From an uncultured Candidatus Saccharibacteria bacterium (lineage in GTDB: Bacteria; Patescibacteriota; Dojkabacteria; B142; OLB20), in contig CAYWVD010000001.1 of the NCBI GenBank assembly GCA_964461915.1, forward strand, positions 26,211 through 90,210: a stretch of DNA of 64,000 bases, written 5' to 3'. The stretch's first letter is position 1, and the number at the start of each line of letters is the position of its first letter. Below are positions 57,024-64,000 of the stretch, one piece after another. Under the pieces are notes generated by a model, which saw nothing but the letters and a program-made list of their open reading frames with translations, was not told the origin of the DNA and made no database searches. The position numbers and the translations under genes were made by a program.

Positions 57024-57398
57024 ATGGAAACGGACAAATTACAAGAAAAAATTATTTTAGAGAAAGCTAGAGAAATCCTTAAAAACGAGGGCTGGCAAGA
57101 AAATTCAAAGCCTGAAATGGAAAAAATCATAAAGGAATTCCTTCTACCAGCCTTGGATGAACTAAAAGAAATCCAAAGTCCACTTTATGAACAATTTTAC
57201 CAAGGTGGTGATGGTACAGTCAGAAAATTTAAAAATAAACTAATTAATAAAATTGCCAATATTACAAGGAACACTGTTGAATTAAGCTTAATGAAACAAC
57301 AAAAATTCAATGACAATTTGACTTTAATTGTTACCTATTTGTTAGAACAGAATCTGAAATTAAAAGAAGAAATTAATTCGCTGAAAGAGAATAAATAG
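57024..57398 (+). CDS. Hypothetical coiled-coil protein (124 aa)
   Basis: K/E-rich with a heptad-like pattern and no recognisable domain. Confidence 0.35.
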   Translation: METDKLQEKIILEKAREILKNEGWQENSKPEMEKIIKEFLLPALDELKEIQSPLYEQFYQGGDGTVRKFKNKLINKIANITRNTVELSLMKQQKFNDNLTLIVTYLLEQNLKLKEEINSLKENK

Positions 57399-57408
57399 AA
57401 TCTAAGAA

Positions 57409-58602
57409 ATGTTTTTATCTGCCTTAATTAACAAAGCTAAAGATCCTGATGGAAGAATCGATTTTCGATTAATCCTTGGGGTCTATTTTTTTATTGTTTT
57501 ACTCGCCCTTTTTTTAATAATCGATTTACCAAAGATACTCAAGGAATCAAATGATAACTCTAAATATTTTAATTCTGATGCGGATTCTGTAAATTCCTCA
57601 ACTAATGTTTTGGGGATCTCTGATTTTATCTTTAAACCCAAAACCGAGATTCTTGAAAATAATAACCTTACAGCAATACTAATTATTGGAATAGATACAA
57701 GGGGCGAAAATAATCAAACTGAAGACTATATAAATGCCTCAAAAACTAATAAGGATAAATTGGCGACAAGGAACACCGACACCATAATGCAGGCTGTGTA
57801 TGACCATACAACGGGCAATGTGACTTTGATTTCAATCCCCAGAGATCTTGGAATTGATGTAAGAAAAGATTGCTTAAAATACAGCGGAGCAATCAATCAA
57901 GTTTTTCAAAAAGCTCAGGCTTCGTCTTGTGAAGGCGGTGGTATTGAAGCTTTAAAAGATTCAGTGGAATTTGTTACCGGGATTAAAAGTCAGTATCACA
58001 TTATGGTTACACTTGGTGCATTTGAAGATATTATTAAATTAGTTGGAGAGAAGAATGAAAAAGGCGATTTAGGAATTTATGTAGATAATCCTAAAAAACT
58101 TTACGATGTGTATCCCCTCGAAAATGGAGGATGGGAGAATGTTTATTTCCCAGAGGGGCATCTTTTCTTGACTCCTCATAGAGCATTACAATTTGCAAGA
58201 TCTAGACAATATTCAAGCGATTTTGATCGTGCTAGAAGACAACAATTAGTTGTAAAGGCGGTTTTGGAAAGGCTCCTTTCTTCGGATGTTTTCTTAAATC
58301 CAACCAAAATTAATGAATTAATTTCTACATTTAATAAAAATATTGTTTTCACACAACCACAAAGTCTGAATGAGATTGTATCGGCCATTGATATAGTTTC
58401 AGGCATTGATGTTTCGAGCATAAAGCATTTAGTCCTTGACCCTGAATTTGGTGGCCATGAAGTCTTTTTGAATAAACAACCACATGGAAGACCTGGTCCT
58501 TATTATATGGTTCCAACAGCTTGGAAGGATTGTCCGGGTGATGAATTTTGTAAGGTTAAAGAAAAATTAGCTGAAGAACTGAAGTACACCAATTCAGACT
58601 AA
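57409..58602 (+). CDS. LytR-CpsA-Psr (LCP) family cell-wall glycopolymer phosphotransferase
   Basis: N-terminal TM. LCP core AILIIGIDTRGE…RNTDTIMQAVYDHTTGNVTLISIPRDL. Confidence 0.8.
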   Translation: MFLSALINKAKDPDGRIDFRLILGVYFFIVLLALFLIIDLPKILKESNDNSKYFNSDADSVNSSTNVLGISDFIFKPKTEILENNNLTAILIIGIDTRGENNQTEDYINASKTNKDKLATRNTDTIMQAVYDHTTGNVTLISIPRDLGIDVRKDCLKYSGAINQVFQKAQASSCEGGGIEALKDSVEFVTGIKSQYHIMVTLGAFEDIIKLVGEKNEKGDLGIYVDNPKKLYDVYPLENGGWENVYFPEGHLFLTPHRALQFARSRQYSSDFDRARRQQLVVKAVLERLLSSDVFLNPTKINELISTFNKNIVFTQPQSLNEIVSAIDIVSGIDVSSIKHLVLDPEFGGHEVFLNKQPHGRPGPYYMVPTAWKDCPGDEFCKVKEKLAEELKYTNSD

Positions 58603-58641
58603 TAATATATATTTACTAAATTATTTTAAAATTCACTAACT

Positions 58642-60633
58642 ATGGAACCCTCAAAAGAAACAACAAAGTTAGAATCAAAAGTGGAATTTAAAGGTGAAGA
58701 TAAGCCCGAAGAAGCTACAGAGATTAAGGTCACAGAACATATGGATACAAAAACTCCGATTAATGAAATCGAAACTCCTGAAAAGCAATTCTTAAAAGAA
58801 ATCGAAAAAACAACTTCCGATAATAGAAGGAAAAAAATCATTAAAATGACCATTATATTTGGTGGGATTGCCTTATTCGTAATATTGGTAGGCATTTTGG
58901 GAATCATTTTTAAGCTTGATTCATATATCTTCCCATCAACAGTATTCGGAACTTTTAAAGATTTTTCAGCAAGGCCACTTGATAGTGTACAGGTTTGTAT
59001 TCAAAGTAAATGCGTTTTTACAGACAATGAGGGTAGTTATTCAATAACAGGTCTAAAGTATGGTAAATATGATATTACTGCCGAAAAAGATCGTTATTAT
59101 AAATTCATTGAAACCATTGATATTCAAAGAGGCAAAAACGAAGTCAATCGTGAAATGCAACCTTTTGGTTTTGGTGAGATCTCAGGGAAACTCAAATCCA
59201 CAAGTGACTTAAATGCAACTGAATTAAAACTAATGCTGGATGATGTAGAAGTTCCTCTTGATTCACAAAACGGGTTTTTAATAAGAGATAAGATGATCGG
59301 AACCTACAGATTAAAGCTTTCATCACCATTTTATCAGGATTTTGATATTCCATTTGAACTTAAAGAAGGTCTCCGTGATTTCGGAGAAATTGTATTAATT
59401 GATACTAGGGATATTCAGTTTCAAATTAAAGATTGGATTAATAATCAAGCTATAGAAGCAGCTGAAGTTAAAATTGGTGAAAAGGCAGTGAAGACAAATG
59501 CTGAAGGAGTGGCGATCTTCGCAGATTTACCTTTGACAAATAAATATGAATACAAGATCGCCAAAGATGCTTATCGCAATATTGAAGAATCCCTTTCTAT
59601 TACCGACACTTCTAAAATTATTGATCCTGTTGCAATAAGATTTGTAAGGATTGGCAGGTTAGTTTACACATCAAACAGATCAGGGAATTACAATATTTAC
59701 ACATCTGATTATGATGGTGGTAATGAAAAAATGATTAGTGATAATAGGGGGAATAACTTTAATCCTGTTCAAACTTTTGATGGTAAATCTGTTTTCTTTC
59801 TATCGACTAGAGATAATTATGTCGGAGCATATGGAGAATTGATCCCAGTTGCATATAGGGTAAATATGGATGGTACTGGACTTATTAAGATCACTGAAAA
59901 TAAATATGAAGATTATGGCAGTATTGGATATTATAATTTTATTGCTGGAAAAAGAGCCTATACTAAATATTCTCACGAAGGTCCTATTTCACAACAAGAC
60001 CTATACTTTGGGAATATTAGCGGTTCACAAACCAATAAAATATTTTCATTGACTGATGACGAAGGTTATATCGGGAATATGATGATATCTCCCAATGGCC
60101 AATCCATAGTTGCGATTTATAATGACTATTCCGGGCCATCTCCCGTTTCAAGGATCGTCCATATAAATCCTACTAATGGTGTAAAGCGAGATCTATACAT
60201 TGTGCCACCATATTTTTATCCAACTCTATTGGGATTTAGTAATGACTCAAATTCTATTTTAGCATTGGCATCTGCCGAGGGTGACTTAAATTTGAATGTA
60301 TTTAAAATCTCAATAAATGTTAACAATGTTACCAAAATAACAAATAACAGCAATGTTGAGCTGAATGCATTTTTCACTCCAGATGGGAAGAAAGTCCTTT
60401 ATTACGATAATCGAGATGCTAAAGTGAATATCTTTTCACGAGAAAGTAACGGCTCTAACGAAGTTCAGTTGACAGAAGTGGGCAAGGTTGATGCAGTAAC
60501 ACAAATCACTAATAACTTAGTGGCTTATGTAGAGCAAAACCAATTAATGATCGTTGACATGAACTTTCCAAAGGTCGCTCAGAAGGTAACTTCAAATGTA
60601 TCGATTTATAAAGGTGCTCAATGGAATGATTAA
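58642..60633 (+). CDS. Membrane-anchored protein with CarboxypepD_reg-like Ig domains and a C-terminal TolB-like (PD40) beta-propeller
   Basis: TM at about aa 68-90. CVFTDNEGSYSITGLKYGKYDI matches a CarboxypepD_reg signature. YTSNRSGNYNIYTSDYDGGN matches PD40 repeats. Confidence 0.6.
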   Translation: MEPSKETTKLESKVEFKGEDKPEEATEIKVTEHMDTKTPINEIETPEKQFLKEIEKTTSDNRRKKIIKMTIIFGGIALFVILVGILGIIFKLDSYIFPSTVFGTFKDFSARPLDSVQVCIQSKCVFTDNEGSYSITGLKYGKYDITAEKDRYYKFIETIDIQRGKNEVNREMQPFGFGEISGKLKSTSDLNATELKLMLDDVEVPLDSQNGFLIRDKMIGTYRLKLSSPFYQDFDIPFELKEGLRDFGEIVLIDTRDIQFQIKDWINNQAIEAAEVKIGEKAVKTNAEGVAIFADLPLTNKYEYKIAKDAYRNIEESLSITDTSKIIDPVAIRFVRIGRLVYTSNRSGNYNIYTSDYDGGNEKMISDNRGNNFNPVQTFDGKSVFFLSTRDNYVGAYGELIPVAYRVNMDGTGLIKITENKYEDYGSIGYYNFIAGKRAYTKYSHEGPISQQDLYFGNISGSQTNKIFSLTDDEGYIGNMMISPNGQSIVAIYNDYSGPSPVSRIVHINPTNGVKRDLYIVPPYFYPTLLGFSNDSNSILALASAEGDLNLNVFKISINVNNVTKITNNSNVELNAFFTPDGKKVLYYDNRDAKVNIFSRESNGSNEVQLTEVGKVDAVTQITNNLVAYVEQNQLMIVDMNFPKVAQKVTSNVSIYKGAQWND

Positions 60634-61110
60634 TTAGTCCTGCTTGAAAACCCATAATTTATAAATTATGAAGTTCCAGCAGATTACGATTCCAGTAATA
60701 ATGACTTTTACTAGATATTGATTGATCCCTAAAGTTCCCGCTAAAAATGGAAATGCAATTATTGTGTCAAAGACATAATTAAAAGCTGCTAAGAGTAAGT
60801 ATTTCCCAATCTTTTTCCCACTCGATTTCGTCCCAGCTTTAAATGTCCAGAAATTCGACATTGAAAAGTTGTAAACCATGGCTATTAGAGTGGAAAAAAT
60901 ATTTGCTTTGATTTTTTCAAGTCCTAAAGGAATGTTAATGAAGTAGAGCAAGGCAATTTGTAGGAAAAAAGTTGAGAACCCAATTATTAAATATCTGATA
61001 AAACTTCCGGTAAGAACTAAGGTCAATACTTTCCTGACAATACTTATCTTAAGAAGTGTATTGTCACTTCTAAGTATTTTTTCCCTAAAAATAATTAGTT
61101 TATCTTTCAT
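60634..61110 (-). CDS. GtrA-family small membrane protein (polyprenyl-phosphate-sugar flippase-like)
   Basis: 158 aa with 4 TM helices. A GtrA-like topology, and operonic with the GT2/GT4 genes. Confidence 0.6.
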   Translation of the reverse strand: MKDKLIIFREKILRSDNTLLKISIVRKVLTLVLTGSFIRYLIIGFSTFFLQIALLYFINIPLGLEKIKANIFSTLIAMVYNFSMSNFWTFKAGTKSSGKKIGKYLLLAAFNYVFDTIIAFPFLAGTLGINQYLVKVIITGIVICWNFIIYKLWVFKQD

Positions 61111-62195
61111 TCTCCTTTAATAATTTTTAATAATTTATTCGCAGAATTTTCCCATGAATATTTTTTCAATAAAGCACCTCGAGTATTTTTATCAATTTGT
61201 TTAGGATTCTTTAGAATTGATATAAGTTTTTTGGCAACTTCATCAATATTTTTAATATCAACAAATGAGGCTGTTTCTTCATACACTTCTCTAAATACAG
61301 GTATGTCACTTACAATGGCAGGGACATTAAAAAAGATTGCTTCCATAGGAGGCATACCGAAGCCTTCATATTCACTTAAATATAGGAGGGCAGAAGCTTT
61401 AGAAAGTATTTTTGCAGTAGTTGCGTCATCTTGGTATCCTAAAAACTTCACCTTCCCTTTAAGGCCTAATTCTTCAACGGTTTTAAAGATCTTTTCGTAA
61501 TACCAGCCTTTTTTCCCAATAATTAAATATTTTAGATCAGGGTATGTTTTTAAGGATTGATTAAAAGCTTTTATAGCTGTCAAATAGTTCTTTCTGGGTT
61601 CCAAGGTAGAAATGCTCAATATAAATTTATTTGGCAATTTCATACTTAGTTTTGCCGATGAGCTTTTAAGTAATTCTTTATTAATTGAGGGATAAATGAC
61701 ATCGATTTTTGGAGCCTTGATACCGGTATATTCAATGATTTCATTCTTGATGGTTTCGGATACAGTCAAGATCTTTAATGCTCGTTTACAGGCTAGTTTT
61801 GTAGTTATTGGATAAAAAAATCTTGCTGATTTACTAAAAAATTTGGCATATTTTATTGGAGCCAAATCGTGAATAAAAAGAATAGTCCTATTAAAAAGTA
61901 GTGCAAAAGAATGATTTGAATAGGAAATTAAAATATCAGCCTTTTCTTTGATTAGTGATCTTTTAACTTCATTCATATATCTAAATCCTTTACCCGGCAA
62001 ATTTGATTTGATAGGGAAAACAATATTTCTACAATTTGGGGGTAATCCGAATTCGGTTATAGGTTGATTGGAATACAAAATATAGGAATTTGATTTGTCT
62101 GATGTAATTAATTCTTTTGTTAAGTTTAAAGTGTATTGGCCTATCCCTGCTGGGCTAATTTGGGCTGGAGAAAAATCTATTCCAATTGTTTTCAT
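61107..62195 (-). CDS. GT4-family glycosyltransferase
   Basis: GT-B C-domain EGFGMPPMEAIFFNVP. 362 aa. Confidence 0.8.
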   Translation of the reverse strand: MKTIGIDFSPAQISPAGIGQYTLNLTKELITSDKSNSYILYSNQPITEFGLPPNCRNIVFPIKSNLPGKGFRYMNEVKRSLIKEKADILISYSNHSFALLFNRTILFIHDLAPIKYAKFFSKSARFFYPITTKLACKRALKILTVSETIKNEIIEYTGIKAPKIDVIYPSINKELLKSSSAKLSMKLPNKFILSISTLEPRKNYLTAIKAFNQSLKTYPDLKYLIIGKKGWYYEKIFKTVEELGLKGKVKFLGYQDDATTAKILSKASALLYLSEYEGFGMPPMEAIFFNVPAIVSDIPVFREVYEETASFVDIKNIDEVAKKLISILKNPKQIDKNTRGALLKKYSWENSANKLLKIIKGE

Positions 62196-62878
62196 TTTGC
62201 AAAGCGTAATTTAATTATTGTCCAGATAATTTCAAAGCCATCTAAAATATTAATTTTTTTGCCGGCCTTGGCCGTTCTAGGACTATATTCTATATCAATT
62301 TCTTGAATTTTATAATTATTTTTCAAACTTCGTAAAATCCATTCACTTTCAAATCCAAAACGATCCGCTTGTATTCCTAATTCTTTGAATCTTGAAAGTT
62401 TTGATAATTTATAACTACTTAGAATATCTTTAAGAAATTTACCATACAAAATAAAAATTAAAACTCTTGTTACAAAGTTCGCAATTAATGAAACTAAGTT
62501 TACCTTTGCAGACGATGTAATTTTTCTGTCGCCATTAACAAGATCTATTGAAGGGTCTTCCTCAATGATCTTCAGCATTTTCACGATGTCGCTTGGATTA
62601 AGCTCAAGATCAGAATCTTCAACAATAAAATATTCGCCGGTAGCATATTTTGAAGCTTCAATAACGCCTCGTCCTTTGCCAAGGTTTTTTTCATGCAATA
62701 ACAATTTGAAATTATACTTTTTATTAAGTTCGATCAATAATTCGCGACATCCATCCGTTGAATAGTCATCAAAAATGATAAGTTCTTTATCAATTGGCAG
62801 ATCCATAACGCGAACTACTGCTTGCTCTATAGTCGCAATCTCATTGAAAACCGGCATAATTATTGAAAGTTTTGGCAT
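62192..62878 (-). CDS. GT2 polyprenyl-phosphate glycosyltransferase (GtrB/Dpm1-like)
   Basis: SIIMPVFNE…IIFDDYSTDG…EDSDLE. Paralog of 29133..29822. Confidence 0.8.
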   Translation of the reverse strand: MPKLSIIMPVFNEIATIEQAVVRVMDLPIDKELIIFDDYSTDGCRELLIELNKKYNFKLLLHEKNLGKGRGVIEASKYATGEYFIVEDSDLELNPSDIVKMLKIIEEDPSIDLVNGDRKITSSAKVNLVSLIANFVTRVLIFILYGKFLKDILSSYKLSKLSRFKELGIQADRFGFESEWILRSLKNNYKIQEIDIEYSPRTAKAGKKINILDGFEIIWTIIKLRFAK

Positions 62879-62893
62879 GGTTATTTGTTTGTT

Positions 62894-63178
62894 TTATGCT
62901 TCAGGGAAAATCTGTTTATTTGTTTCTTTATCAAAAATTTTAATGGCGAAAACTGGGCAAGATTGGGCTGCAGCCATAATTATCTCGTCGGAATCCCAAT
63001 CACCTTCGACTATCAACACTTTATTTTGTTCATCTAGCTTAAAAGATTTTCCAGCAATGGCTACGCAGCTTGCAGCCCCAATGCAAATCTCTCTATTGAT
63101 TTCGACTCTGTATTTACTGGTTGTATTTGTTGCATTGTGGACTATTTGATCGTCAGATTTCGTAATATTTGTTGTCAT
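62894..63178 (-). CDS. Small ferredoxin (single Fe-S cluster, CxxGxxxC…CP type)
   Basis: CIGAASCVAIA … SCPVFAI. 94 aa. Confidence 0.55.
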   Translation of the reverse strand: MTTNITKSDDQIVHNATNTTSKYRVEINREICIGAASCVAIAGKSFKLDEQNKVLIVEGDWDSDEIIMAAAQSCPVFAIKIFDKETNKQIFPEA

Positions 63179-63251
63179 AATAAATTTTCTAGTATAAGTT
63201 TAATATATCAAATTTAATAAAATCCGCAAATATGTTATCCTTTCGTTAATT

Positions 63252-64000
63252 ATGAAGATAATTGAAAAAAATAAAATTTTGCTTGGAATAATTATATCAT
63301 CAATTATTCTAATCGGATTCCTTTTACGATTTCTAAACTTTTCGAGTGTGATGACCGATAATATGGTCCAGCTTAAAGGAGCGGATGCATATTTTTTCAC
63401 TCGACAAGCTCAGCTAATTAATGAAGTCGGAGATCTACCTGCCGTTGATCAAAACATTTGTTTCCCTGATGGATATGCTAATCAAAGAGAAGCTATTCTT
63501 TATCCATTCTTAATTTCTGCGTTGAGTGGGCTAGGTTCAATAGATTCCGTAACAGCTTATCTATCCCCAATACTTGCTTTAATAGTTAGTGTTTTTGTTT
63601 TACTGATTTTAATCGAACTAATGCCTCATAAGTGGAATGCCATTTTGGTGGGTGTTGGAGTAATTTCATTTACCGGAATTCAATATTTAGCCCGTTCTTA
63701 TTTTGGATTTGGCGATCGACATATTCTCGAAGTAGCCCTTCTTACGATTGGATTATATTTTTTGATCAAGGCATGGAATCGTGAGAATATTTACTGGGCG
63801 GTTGCCTCGGGCGTTGCATTTGCACTTTATCAATTAACATGGAGTCAAACATCTTTAGTCGTATTACTATTAGTATTAAGTATTTTCGCTTATTATTTAT
63901 TTAGTCCAAAGGTTTCTAAAAAATTCACAATAATTAATATAATCTTTCTAGCACTACAGATACCAGCCGGCATCTGGGCGAGCTACGAACAAAGCATAGG
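63252..64000 (+). CDS. STT3/AglB/PglB-like oligosaccharyltransferase (GT-C), N-terminal part, truncated by the window edge
   Basis: Not in the ORF track because the ORF is open at the window end. ATG at 63252. Translation MKIIEKNKILLGIIISSIIL…VQLKGADAYFFTRQAQLINEVGDLPAVDQNICFPDG resembles the first STT3 loop (…L.G.DPYYHYR……D…YP.G). Followed by multiple TM helices. Confidence 0.4.
   Translation, partial: MKIIEKNKILLGIIISSIILIGFLLRFLNFSSVMTDNMVQLKGADAYFFTRQAQLINEVGDLPAVDQNICFPDGYANQREAILYPFLISALSGLGSIDSVTAYLSPILALIVSVFVLLILIELMPHKWNAILVGVGVISFTGIQYLARSYFGFGDRHILEVALLTIGLYFLIKAWNRENIYWAVASGVAFALYQLTWSQTSLVVLLLVLSIFAYYLFSPKVSKKFTIINIIFLALQIPAGIWASYEQSI

Noticed and set aside
1-64000. An alternative genetic code (UGA=Gly, code 25) as found in some CPR lineages
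   Set aside because: Long ORFs with good family signatures are obtained under the standard code. TGA, TAA and TAG all appear as terminators at expected gene ends, with no systematic in-frame TGA within conserved domains.

Overview
This 64 kb window is a low-GC, densely coded bacterial segment with short or overlapping intergenic spacers. Gene content suggests a small-genome, Patescibacteria/CPR-like organism, but that is an inference from a short Obg, an insertion-rich IleRS and many glycosyltransferases. Housekeeping genes are parB, fmt, nusA-ylxR, obg, typA, nrdJ, ileS, two lepB, secG and an archaeal-type pyrH. They are interleaved with an unusually large amount of glycan and cell-envelope machinery. 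A roughly 15.6 kb co-directional polysaccharide locus (3951-19592) carries an ABC-2 exporter pair, a CapE/CapF/CapG-like UDP-L-FucNAc-type nucleotide-sugar pathway, several GT2/GT4 enzymes, an acyltransferase, a methyltransferase and a cytidylyltransferase. Elsewhere there are Dpm1-like GT2 plus GT-C membrane transferase pairs, a GtrA/GT2/GT4 module and a partial STT3/AglB-like oligosaccharyltransferase at the window end. There is one tRNA-Glu(CUC) with a bidirectional terminator, and no rRNA or CRISPR. The four stand-out observations are: (1) a 1289-aa secreted protein fusing a PGRP-type amidase, a subtilisin S8 peptidase, an IPT domain and six near-identical 168-bp tandem FG-GAP-like repeats; (2) a 575-bp, roughly 85-90% identical duplication of the nrdJ 3' end, leaving a pseudogene fragment; the two copies are separated by a 168-aa orphan ORF and an 860-bp ORF-free AT-rich tract, with two further orphan genes downstream, which looks like the footprint of site-specific insertion into nrdJ; (3) NusA with a histone-H1-like lysine-rich tail; (4) a DUF1704/MATCAP-like HExxH protein next to an HTH-PRTase gene. 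Seventeen findings are listed and seven items were considered and rejected. All calls rest on motif recognition by eye and none has been checked against a database.
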